IMG/VR virus record: IMGVR_UViG_3300046779_000790
Coordinates: 1-47,276 of that record
Direction: 5' to 3' (one strand)
DNA: 47,276 nucleotides
Source of the DNA: a virus
Taxonomy: Duplodnaviria; Caudoviricetes
Shown: positions 20,134 to 26,553 of the stretch, piece after piece
Layout: the number at the start of each line of letters is the position of its first letter
Position numbering within the stretch: the first letter of the stretch is position 1
The notes under the pieces: generated by a model
Seen by the model: only the letters and a program-made list of their open reading frames with translations
Database searches by the model: none
What the model was told of the DNA's origin: nothing
Program-made: the position numbers and the translations under genes

Positions 20134-20199
20134 ATTGGTGGCCTGTCTCCGATGAGGAGTGGGAACAACTGAATTATCCAGAAAAGTTCCGGTAATAGT

Positions 20200-20239
20200 A
20201 AAGAGGTTGCTTGACAACCTCTTTTTTTAAGTGTATAAT
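20200..20239 (+). promoter_or_regulatory. Terminator hairpin overlapping a sigma70 promoter
   Basis: AAGAGGTTG/CAACCTCTT plus T run; TTGACA(20211)-17nt-TATAAT(20234). Confidence 0.75.
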
Positions 20240-20245
20240 GATACT

Positions 20246-20428
20246 ATGAAAACTGAAAAACAATACATCAAAAAAGTTCGTGTTAAAACCACGTTGGAGA
20301 ATTACTACGTTTGTTCACCAGAAACTAAAGAGATTGATGGTGTTCAATTCGTTTACGTAATTAAGAACATTGGTATTAGGGAAACACCTAAACTGATGAG
20401 GAAAGAATCGTTAGAATACGTCAAATAA
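20246..20428 (+). CDS. Hypothetical protein
   Basis: 60 aa ORF directly after promoter. Confidence 0.55.
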   Translation: MKTEKQYIKKVRVKTTLENYYVCSPETKEIDGVQFVYVIKNIGIRETPKLMRKESLEYVK

Positions 20429-20503
20429 GGGCCTATAGCTTAATGGTAAAGCAGTGAACTCATAATTCATTGAGTCTAGGTTCAATTCCTAGTGGGCCCA
20501 CCA
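20429..20503 (+). tRNA. tRNA-CAT (Ile2/lysidine-type or Met)
   Basis: Cloverleaf, loop CTCATAA, encoded CCA; acceptor resembles bacterial Ile2. Confidence 0.88.
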
Positions 20504-20523
20504 TTTTTTATTAAGGAGTTAGT

Positions 20524-20973
20524 ATGTCAGTTACAATTAAAAACCTTGAGGCTGCATTGGCTGGTGAGTCAATGGCACATATCAAGTATCGTTACTTTGC
20601 TAAAATTGCATTTGAAGAAGGATATGATGATATCGCCGTGCATTTTTTGAATATTGCGGGCCAAGAGATTCTTCATGCATGGGGTCACTTAGAGTTGTTG
20701 ATTGGTAAACCATCTACTAAGGAATGCTTAGAACTTGCTATTGAAGGTGAGACATATGAGTTTACTACAATGTATCCAAATATGAAATCAGAAGCAGAAG
20801 TTGAAGGTAATCAAGAAGCTGTTCGTGAAGCATCACATCAAATTGCTGAAAGTCAAACCCATGCGGAAGAATTCCGTGCAGTACTTGCTAAGGCAGAGAA
20901 ACGTTTTGCTGCATTGGCCAAAATTGAAAAACGCCATGCAGAAGCATATCAACAAAAATTGGGAGAACTATAA
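20524..20973 (+). CDS. Rubrerythrin (ferritin-like di-iron)
   Basis: NLEAALAGESMA, EILHA, GETYE...MYP, ESQTHA. Confidence 0.9.
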   Translation: MSVTIKNLEAALAGESMAHIKYRYFAKIAFEEGYDDIAVHFLNIAGQEILHAWGHLELLIGKPSTKECLELAIEGETYEFTTMYPNMKSEAEVEGNQEAVREASHQIAESQTHAEEFRAVLAKAEKRFAALAKIEKRHAEAYQQKLGEL

Positions 20974-21107
20974 TGAGTGAACAACATGTGTGTGTAGTTT
21001 GTGGCCATGTCCACGATGATGAAACAGAAGGTGCATGGAATACATTGCCTGATGACTTTATTTGTCCTGATTGTGGATGTGGTAAAGAAGATTACGAGGT
21101 TCTGTGA
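20973..21107 (+). CDS. Rubredoxin, 44 aa; not in ORF track
   Basis: MSEQHVCVVCGHVHD...WNTLPDDFICPDCGCGKEDY: two CxxCG motifs. Confidence 0.9.
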   Translation: MSEQHVCVVCGHVHDDETEGAWNTLPDDFICPDCGCGKEDYEVL

Positions 21108-21532
21108 AACAAAAATTTCGTGATGCATATATGAAAGTAGCCGAGACTTTTGCAGAATTGTCCTCGGCTAAAAGACTTCATGTTGGTGCCATTGTAGTCA
21201 AAGATGACAGAATTATTTCAATTGGTTACAATGGTATGCCATCTGGATGGGATAACAACTGTGAATATGAAGAAGGTGATGAGTTAGGTGGTTATTATTT
21301 AAAAACCAAACCGGAGGTACTACATGCTGAAACAAATGCGATTGCCAAGTTGGCTAAATCTAACGAATCTGGTATGGGTGCTACTATGTTTATTACCCAT
21401 GCTCCATGTTTGGACTGTGCCAAACTTATATACCAAAGTGGTATTAATCACGTTTTATACCGGAGCTCTTATCGGAGTGATGATGGTATCAAGTTTTTGG
21501 AAAAAGCTGCGGTGACTGTGGAAAAAATCTAA
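21104..21532 (+). CDS. cd: dCMP deaminase
   Basis: GYNG, HAETNAI, PCLDC. Confidence 0.93.
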   Translation: MKQKFRDAYMKVAETFAELSSAKRLHVGAIVVKDDRIISIGYNGMPSGWDNNCEYEEGDELGGYYLKTKPEVLHAETNAIAKLAKSNESGMGATMFITHAPCLDCAKLIYQSGINHVLYRSSYRSDDGIKFLEKAAVTVEKI

Positions 21533-21578
21533 ATAATCAGGGGGTTCAAATAGTTTAAATTCCTTACAGGAGACTTAC

Positions 21579-22088
21579 ATGAATTTAAAAGTAGTTAATT
21601 GTCCTGATAAAGATTTAAAACCTTATGTGGAAAGAGCAGCATCTTTCTTTGCCAAAGAACTCATACCTAATACACGTATTCGCAATAACTGCCATACACT
21701 GATTGTGTTCAATGAAAACATTGTAGAATATGGATGTGCAGAGATTAAAGGATATAATACACAAAACAAAGCCAGAGATTTTCTAATAGAGATTCATCCT
21801 GGTATTGGTGTCAGAAACATATTTGAGACACTGGCGCATGAAATGGTTCACGTGAAACAATACGTTGAAGGTGAATTGAATGATACGATGACCACCTGGC
21901 GTGGTAAAAAAGTCAATGCTGACAATATAGAATACTGGTCACAACCATGGGAAATTGAAGCATTGGGTAAAGAAGCTGGTCTATTGACCAAGTTTGCAGT
22001 ACAAGAAACTTTGTGGGAAATCTTTGAAGGATTTAGAAATCCTGGTGCACCAATTGAGATGGCACCCATTCAATGGAAAATAAATTAA
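21579..22088 (+). CDS. HExxH zinc metallopeptidase-like protein
   Basis: TLAHEMVHVKQY and PWEIEA motifs. Confidence 0.7.
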   Translation: MNLKVVNCPDKDLKPYVERAASFFAKELIPNTRIRNNCHTLIVFNENIVEYGCAEIKGYNTQNKARDFLIEIHPGIGVRNIFETLAHEMVHVKQYVEGELNDTMTTWRGKKVNADNIEYWSQPWEIEALGKEAGLLTKFAVQETLWEIFEGFRNPGAPIEMAPIQWKIN

Positions 22089-22108
22089 AAATATTTTGAA
22101 AAAACCGC

Positions 22109-22137
22109 TTGCCAAGGCTAAAAGTTTACTATATAAT
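22109..22137 (+). promoter_or_regulatory. Sigma70-type promoter for leader and tRNA array
   Basis: TTGCCA-17nt-TATAAT. Confidence 0.8.
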
Positions 22138-22172
22138 AGAGTCAATTAAAAAATTTTTGGAAGTTAATTAAA

Positions 22173-22274
22173 ATGTTATCGCATATATCCTTTAAATCAC
22201 AGCAAGAGTATCGCTCAATTAGTACACCTAATTGCGCCGATTTGCCATGGCTCGTGCATAGGGGATTTGTATAA
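22173..22274 (+). CDS. Putative attenuator leader peptide (33 aa, all 20 amino acids)
   Basis: MLSHISFKSQQEYRSISTPNCADLPWLVHRGFV; 30 distinct codons of 33; lies between promoter and terminator. Confidence 0.65.
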   Translation: MLSHISFKSQQEYRSISTPNCADLPWLVHRGFV

Positions 22275-22298
22275 CGTAATAGTAAAATACTACAAACA

Positions 22299-22338
22299 CA
22301 AAACCTCTAGGCCTAAAAATCTAGAGGTTTTTTGTTTT
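22299..22338 (+). terminator. Rho-independent terminator (candidate attenuator)
   Basis: AAAACCTCTAG/CTAGAGGTTTT plus T tract; 5' arm can alternatively pair with TAGGGGATTTGT (22259-22270). Confidence 0.85.
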
Positions 22339-22341
22339 GGT

Positions 22342-22424
22342 GTTGTCAATTTACAACAACCAACTTGACTAGAGGTCGCATCTGTTGTATACTCTAGTTT
22401 GTTCTTTAAAAATTTGTTGTAGTT
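22342..22424 (+). promoter_or_regulatory. tRNA-operon promoter module 1: palindrome, sigma70 promoter, boxA-like element
   Basis: GTTGT-N6-ACAAC, 7 nt, TTGACT-17-TATACT, TGTTCTTTAAAAATTTGTTGTAGTT. Confidence 0.75.
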
Positions 22425-22427
22425 TAT

Positions 22428-22501
22428 TGGGGTATAGCATAGTGGTAGTGCTGCGGACTTTGAATCCGTAGGTCCTTGTTCGATTCAAGGTACCCCAGCC
22501 A
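22428..22501 (+). tRNA. trnQ: tRNA-Gln(TTG)
   Basis: Cloverleaf, loop CTTTGAA, CCA. Confidence 0.93.
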
Positions 22502-22573
22502 TATAAAAGCACACTGCGGATGGGTAGCGAAGCCATCCTAAGAGTAGCTCTCAGCAGTGTGTTTCTATATGGT
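22498..22573 (+). ncRNA. Family-B structured element, copy 1
   Basis: CCATATAAAAGCACACTGC...GCAGTGTGTTTCTATATGG closing stem with two inner hairpins. Confidence 0.55.
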
Positions 22574-22577
22574 TAAT

Positions 22578-22669
22578 GGAAGATGATGCAGCGGGGATGG
22601 TCCTGCGACTGGCCTTGAAAACCAGGTTCTCAGAAATGGGATGGGGTTCGACTCCTCCGTCTTCCGCCA
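22578..22669 (+). tRNA. trnS: tRNA-Ser(TGA), non-canonical 8/4 fold
   Basis: 8-bp acceptor GGAAGATG/CGTCTTCC, 4-bp T stem, long variable arm, loop CTTGAAA, GCCA end. Confidence 0.8.
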
Positions 22670-22745
22670 AGTTGTGTTGCAACTAATCTGGGGTGCTTGC
22701 GTTCTCGCCCAGTTAAAATGCCAAATAATACGCAGCCAAATTTAT

Positions 22746-22837
22746 AGTGAGTTGGATGAGAGGTTTAAATCGGCACCCTGCTAAGGTGTTGTTCGTAGAA
22801 ATACGGGCCGTGGGTTCAAATCCCACACTCACTGCCA
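22746..22837 (+). tRNA. trnS: tRNA-Ser(GCT)
   Basis: Long variable arm, loop CTGCTAA, GCCA. Confidence 0.92.
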
Positions 22838-22844
22838 GTTTAAT

Positions 22845-22936
22845 GCCAGCGAGACTTGGAAGTCAGAGAGGTCTTATACACCTTTTAGCGCCAGATTAGC
22901 GTTCTTGAGAAGGTTCGATCCCTTCCGCTGGTACCA
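22845..22936 (+). tRNA. Atypical tRNA, anticodon TAT (Ile), long variable arm
   Basis: GCCAGCG/CGCTGGT-ACCA acceptor, loop CTTATAC, T arm GAAGG-TTCGATC-CCTTC. Confidence 0.75.
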
Positions 22937-22944
22937 AATGAAGG

Positions 22945-23190
22945 ATGAATATGTGGAATATTAAAATTGAAAATGGAATGATATTAAATGCAAGTCCAAC
23001 TTTGGACGATGCAATAAAGTTTGCAAAAGGTTACAACAAGTTTGTAACTATCACCGATGGCACTACAGAGATTGTAGGTAAGTTTGGTGTTGATGCAGTA
23101 GAAGAAAAAGTTTTACCAGATGGTGGAACATACGATTGGACCATGCGGCGTGATGAAACACACCGTAGTTCAAGGAAGAAATTAATGTAG
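22945..23190 (+). CDS. Hypothetical protein
   Basis: 81 aa ORF between tRNAs; TAG stop overlaps tRNA-Cys. Confidence 0.6.
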   Translation: MNMWNIKIENGMILNASPTLDDAIKFAKGYNKFVTITDGTTEIVGKFGVDAVEEKVLPDGGTYDWTMRRDETHRSSRKKLM

Positions 23191-23262
23191 GTGTGACCCG
23201 AAAGGCTAGGGAACGGATTGCAACCCCGTTTTATGCAGGTTCGATTCCTGTCACCTACTCCA
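23187..23262 (+). tRNA. trnC: tRNA-Cys(GCA)
   Basis: Loop TTGCAAC, U73 discriminator, CCA. Confidence 0.9.
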
Positions 23263-23278
23263 TAATACGAAAGTATTA

Positions 23279-23383
23279 GTTGTTGAAATACAACACACTG
23301 GTTGACAGAGATTCATGGTTGTGTTATACTTCATCTATGAATTGAGAAATCAATCAAATGTTCTTTAAAAATTTGTTGTAGTT
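23279..23383 (+). promoter_or_regulatory. tRNA-operon promoter module 2: palindrome, sigma70 promoter, boxA-like element
   Basis: GTTGT-N6-ACAAC, 7 nt, TTGACA-17-TATACT, same 25-nt boxA-like sequence at 23359-23383. Confidence 0.75.
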
Positions 23384-23386
23384 AAT

Positions 23387-23461
23387 GCACCTATCGTCTA
23401 TCGGTTAGGACGCTGCCCTTTCAAGGCGGAAAGAGGAGTTCGATTCTCCTTAGGTGTACCA
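23387..23461 (+). tRNA. trnE: tRNA-Glu(TTC)
   Basis: Loop CTTTCAA, CCA. Confidence 0.93.
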
Positions 23462-23586
23462 TTTGTTTTGCTGATGTAAGCCACAGCAGAAACGTTCAAT
23501 GTTGAGTAACTATGTATATAAACGGTCAGTTCTAGCTAGCAATCCCGTTGAGCATAGCAAATAGTGCGTCAGCAAAACAAATGGTA
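23457..23586 (+). ncRNA. Long irregular hairpin RNA, function unknown
   Basis: TACCATTTGTTTTGCTGATGTA pairs with TGCGTCAGCAAAACAAATGGTA; inner stems CTATG/CATAG and AACGG/CCGTT. Confidence 0.5.
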
Positions 23587-23592
23587 AATTAT

Positions 23593-23667
23593 GGGGGTAT
23601 AACTTAACGGCTAAAGTATCTGGCTTTTAACCAGGAAATCAGAGTTCGATTCTCTGTGCCCCTACCA
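23593..23667 (+). tRNA. trnK: tRNA-Lys(TTT)
   Basis: Loop CTTTTAA, CCA. Confidence 0.92.
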
Positions 23668-23675
23668 AGAAATTT

Positions 23676-23761
23676 GGAGATGTAGGAAAATTGGTAACCC
23701 CAGTGGACTGTAAATCCGCCGCCCCTGTGCATTGTGTGTTCAAGTCACACCGTCTCCACCA
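23676..23761 (+). tRNA. trnY: tRNA-Tyr(GTA)
   Basis: Loop CTGTAAA, long variable arm, CCA. Confidence 0.9.
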
Positions 23762-23767
23762 AATTTT

Positions 23768-23842
23768 GGTCCTGTCATATAGTGGCTATTATACCGGCCT
23801 GTCTAGTCGGATATCGGGGTTCGATTCCCCGCAGGATCGCCA
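23768..23842 (+). tRNA. trnD: tRNA-Asp(GTC)
   Basis: Loop CTGTCTA, G73, CCA. Confidence 0.9.
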
Positions 23843-23926
23843 GAGCAAATAACAATAATGTCCTAGGCATCTTTGTTCAACGGTTGTTAGTGACGATGGG
23901 TGATATCGGAACTTTCAAGATTTTAT

Positions 23927-24001
23927 TCCCCAGTAGCTCAGCGGTAGAGTAGCGGACTGTTAATCCGTTTGTCGTTGGTTCGATCCCAGCCTGGGGAGCC
24001 A
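23927..24001 (+). tRNA. trnN: tRNA-Asn(GTT)
   Basis: Loop CTGTTAA, GCCA. Confidence 0.94.
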
Positions 24002-24006
24002 GTTTT

Positions 24007-24065
24007 AGGATTCTTTCAGCAAATTAAAAATCTTTTTGGAATAAAGAAAAAAGCGAATCCTGTTG
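24007..24065 (+). ncRNA. Family-A RNA copy 1 (GGA anticodon-like hairpin)
   Basis: AGGATTC..CAGCAA...GAATCCT-GTTG frame; TCTTT-TTGGAAT-AAAGA inside. Confidence 0.7.
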
Positions 24066-24071
24066 TATTTT

Positions 24072-24145
24072 CTCGGTGTAGTGAAATGGTATCACCCGTG
24101 CTTTGGGAGCATGTAGCGCAAGTTCGATTCTTGCCACCGAGACCA
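24072..24145 (+). tRNA. trnP: tRNA-Pro(TGG)
   Basis: Loop TTTGGGA, CCA. Confidence 0.92.
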
Positions 24146-24202
24146 GTAATACTCGCCTTTATTGACGGCGTAGAGAAGGATAAATTGTCAATAACAAATT
24201 TC

Positions 24203-24277
24203 GGGCTGATGGTATAATTGGGAACACAGTGGCCTTGCAAGTCACAGTTGGGGGTTCGATTCCCCCTCGGTCCACCA
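24203..24277 (+). tRNA. trnA: tRNA-Ala(TGC)
   Basis: Loop CTTGCAA, G3:U70, CCA. Confidence 0.93.
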
Positions 24278-24363
24278 TATAAAAACACACTCTACCCTAC
24301 CCTGGCTGGAACGGCTGTGCGGGGATAGGAGAACAGACCCGTTTGAGTGTGTTTCTATATGGT
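24274..24363 (+). ncRNA. Family-B structured element, copy 2
   Basis: ACCATATAAAAACACACTC...GAGTGTGTTTCTATATGGT. Confidence 0.55.
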
Positions 24364-24435
24364 TCAGTAGCATAGTGGCAGTGCAGCATCTTCATACGGT
24401 GCCTTGTGTGAGTTCGATTCTCACCTGAACCACCA
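24361..24435 (+). tRNA. trnM: tRNA-Met(CAT), elongator-like
   Basis: Loop TTCATAC, CCA. Confidence 0.87.
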
Positions 24436-24441
24436 GATTAT

Positions 24442-24517
24442 GGGTCTTTAGCTCAGTGAACAGAGCTCTTGGCTACGAACCAAGAGGTCGGGGGTTTGAA
24501 TCCCTCAAGACCCTCCA
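24442..24517 (+). tRNA. trnR: tRNA-Arg(ACG)
   Basis: Loop CTACGAA, CCA. Confidence 0.92.
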
Positions 24518-24523
24518 TGATTT

Positions 24524-24597
24524 TCCCGGATAGTTAAATGGCATAACAATCGGCTGATAACCGGTCATCGCAAGTTCGATTCTTGCTCTGGGAACCA
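24524..24597 (+). tRNA. trnI: tRNA-Ile(GAT)
   Basis: Loop CTGATAA, CCA. Confidence 0.92.
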
Positions 24598-24602
24598 TTT
24601 TT

Positions 24603-24665
24603 AGGATAGTAACAGCAATAAAATACTTCAAACTTGTAACTTGAAAAGTAAAATCTATCCTGTTG
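24603..24665 (+). ncRNA. Family-A RNA copy 2 (Thr TGT anticodon-like hairpin)
   Basis: AGGATAG..CAGCAA...CTATCCT-GTTG; TTCAAA-CTTGTAA-CTTGAA inside. Confidence 0.72.
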
Positions 24666-24670
24666 TTTAT

Positions 24671-24744
24671 GTCTCGCAAGTGTTCCGGTAGCATAAGACT
24701 CTCCAAAAGTCCAGGACGGGGTTCGATTCCCTGGCGAGGCGCCA
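24671..24744 (+). tRNA. trnW: tRNA-Trp(CCA)
   Basis: Loop CTCCAAA, G73, CCA. Confidence 0.9.
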
Positions 24745-24768
24745 TATTTTTTTAAAAAGGTGATTGAT

Positions 24769-25257
24769 ATGAAAAATTTCAACGTAGATGAAGTCAAGCA
24801 ATTCCTTGCAACACAAGGACCTGATACCAAAGTTTATCTTGGTGCTGACTCTGAAAGAGTAAGAGTGAATGGTGTTTGGTATGCTGACTATGCTCTTGCA
24901 GTTGTAGTTCATATTGATGGCCGTCACGGTTGTAAGATTTTCGGTTTTGTAGACCGTGAAATTGATTATGACCACAAGAAAAGTAAACCTGCTATGCGTC
25001 TGATGACAGAAGTATATAAGGTTTCAGAATTGTTCCACAATCTACAAGAAGTTCTGGAAGATTTTCATGTTGAAGTTCATTTGGACTTGAACAAGAGTGA
25101 TGAATTCGGTTCTTCATGTGTTGTGCAACAAGCGATTGGTTACATCAAAGGTACATGTAATGTGACACCAATGGTTAAACCAGATGCACCTGCTGCAAGT
25201 TTCTGTGCTGATAGATTGAAAAGAATCTTAGCAGAACAAGAAATGGCAGGAGTCTAA
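24769..25257 (+). CDS. RNase H-like protein (YkuK/DUF458 family)
   Basis: YLGADSE, RLMTEV, EVHLDLN, VKPDAPAASFCAD motifs. Confidence 0.8.
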   Translation: MKNFNVDEVKQFLATQGPDTKVYLGADSERVRVNGVWYADYALAVVVHIDGRHGCKIFGFVDREIDYDHKKSKPAMRLMTEVYKVSELFHNLQEVLEDFHVEVHLDLNKSDEFGSSCVVQQAIGYIKGTCNVTPMVKPDAPAASFCADRLKRILAEQEMAGV

Positions 25258-25305
25258 CAGACCCCCGTGAATAAACACGGATGAAAATTCCAAAGTTTAC
25301 TTTGG

Positions 25306-25380
25306 GGAGATATTAGTTTAGTGGCAAAACCACGGGTTGTGATTCCGTTATCACCAGTTCAATTCTGGTATATCTCCCCA
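25306..25380 (+). tRNA. trnH: tRNA-His(GTG) with G-1
   Basis: Loop TTGTGAT, G-1:C73, CCA; flanked by inverted repeat 25292-25390. Confidence 0.9.
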
Positions 25381-25393
25381 AAGTAAATTTTAT

Positions 25394-25468
25394 GCCTTGT
25401 TAACTCAGCGGTAGAGTAGCGCTTTTACACAGCGAAGGTCGGCAGTTCGATCCTGTCACAAGGTACCA
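25394..25468 (+). tRNA. trnV: tRNA-Val(TAC)
   Basis: Loop TTTACAC, CCA. Confidence 0.92.
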
Positions 25469-25470
25469 TT

Positions 25471-25648
25471 TTTGTAAGTGTAGATGTTGAGAAAGTGTAC
25501 CTAGGCATAGGAACATGAGCTTTAAGCGGGCAATGGAGCAGCGCAGAAGCAAGTATCAACTATTACTACGTACCTCTATACAGTCGGCCGCATCAAAGAA
25601 AATACTGTTAAAATGGTGGGAAATAAGCGAGGTCTCACTACTTACAAA
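25471..25648 (+). ncRNA. Candidate ~180-nt structured RNA
   Basis: Terminal stem TTTGTAAGT/ACTTACAAA enclosing a non-tRNA region between tRNAs. Confidence 0.4.
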
Positions 25649-25674
25649 TTCACATTTGACATATATAGTTATAT

Positions 25675-25749
25675 GCTTCTATGGCAGAGTGGTTATGCGA
25701 CCGATTCTAAACCGGTTTGAGGTGAGTTCAAATCTCACTAGGAGCACCA
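25675..25749 (+). tRNA. Amber-suppressor tRNA (anticodon CTA)
   Basis: GCTTCTA/TAGGAGC-ACCA; ACCGA-TTCTAAA-CCGGT; T arm GTGAG-TTCAAAT-CTCAC. Confidence 0.82.
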
Positions 25750-25861
25750 ATTTTATTTTGAAAAGGAGATTGACATGGAGAAGTTGTCAGCATAGATTCG
25801 TCCACCATAAGTTTTCTTGTACTTTAAAACAAAACACATTTTAAATAAACAGGAGAATTAT

Positions 25862-26239
25862 ATGAGTATCGAATTAAAAATCAAATCAAAGCATCTGGCC
25901 CTTGAGCCACAAATCATTCGTAAAGAGGAAGCAAAACTCAAGAAGCGAATGAAACATCATCGCAGTGATGATAAAGTAAGTTCAATTTCTTTGGAATGGA
26001 AACTACACAGTTTAACCAACCATCGAAAAATAAATGTTCGTAACGAAGCAAGAGCAACACACTTAGCACGTGCCTATCTTGCAAACAAACCATACAACTA
26101 TTGCGAAATAAAACGCAAGGACGATTATTACTTTCGGTATTATATCGTACCTAGAGTTCTTGCAATGGTAACCAAGTATGGCACAGGCGAACAAAGAAAA
26201 GCAACAAGAGAGACTATTGAAGAATGGTCTAAGCAATAA
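25862..26239 (+). CDS. Basic hypothetical protein; start revised to 25862
   Basis: AGGAG RBS; MSIELKIKSKHLALEPQIIRKEE...RNEARATHLARAYL. Confidence 0.75.
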   Translation: MSIELKIKSKHLALEPQIIRKEEAKLKKRMKHHRSDDKVSSISLEWKLHSLTNHRKINVRNEARATHLARAYLANKPYNYCEIKRKDDYYFRYYIVPRVLAMVTKYGTGEQRKATRETIEEWSKQ

Positions 26240-26315
26240 GCCGATATAGCTCAGGTGGTAGAGCAGTAGACTGAAAATCTATGTGTCAGCGGTTCGACTC
26301 CGTTTATCGGCACCA
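26240..26315 (+). tRNA. trnF: tRNA-Phe(GAA)
   Basis: Loop CTGAAAA, CCA. Confidence 0.94.
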
Positions 26316-26320
26316 GTTTT

Positions 26321-26388
26321 AGGATAGTAACAGCAAACAATTTATACATTTGACTTTTAATCAAAACCGTAAAAATGCTATCCTGTTG
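26321..26388 (+). ncRNA. Family-A RNA copy 3 (Lys TTT anticodon-like hairpin)
   Basis: AGGATAG..CAGCAA...CTATCCT-GTTG; TTTGA-CTTTTAA-TCAAA inside. Confidence 0.75.
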
Positions 26389-26393
26389 TATAT

Positions 26394-26470
26394 ACCCAAG
26401 TGACGGAATTGGTATACGTACTTGTCTCAAAAGCAAGGTGATGTGGGCTCGTATCCCACCTTGGGTACCA
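26394..26470 (+). tRNA. trnL: tRNA-Leu(CAA), short variable arm
   Basis: Loop CTCAAAA, CCA; atypical T loop CTCGTAT. Confidence 0.85.
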
Positions 26471-26473
26471 TAT

Positions 26474-26548
26474 GGGTTGTAAGCTTAAGTGATGAAGCAA
26501 CCGGCTCTTAACCGGAAGAACAGAGTTTGATTCTCTGACGACCCACCA
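26474..26548 (+). tRNA. trnK: tRNA-Lys(CTT)
   Basis: Loop CTCTTAA, CCA. Confidence 0.88.
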
Positions 26549-26553
26549 ATCAA

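Noticed and set aside
932-21515. Numerous short minus-strand and alternate-frame ORFs within core genes
   Set aside because: Fully overlap well-supported genes and resemble antisense shadows of biased codon usage
22578-22669. Selenocysteine tRNA (selC)
   Set aside because: Anticodon is TGA, not TCA; no selA/selB/selD in the window
22671-22738. Degenerate tRNA ending in GCCA between the two Ser tRNAs
   Set aside because: Only weak G:U-rich terminal pairing; no recognisable T or anticodon arm
25249-25291. Hammerhead ribozyme at the end of the YkuK-like gene (CTAACAGA...GAAA)
   Set aside because: Core does not match CTGANGA and no third stem with a cleavage triplet is evident; may be a plain hairpin
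24007-26388. Family-A elements as HDV-like (theta) ribozymes trimming tRNA trailers
   Set aside because: They follow tRNAs, but I see no P1.1 pairing, P4 or catalytic J4/2 C; P1' runs straight into GTTG. A self-cleavage assay would settle it
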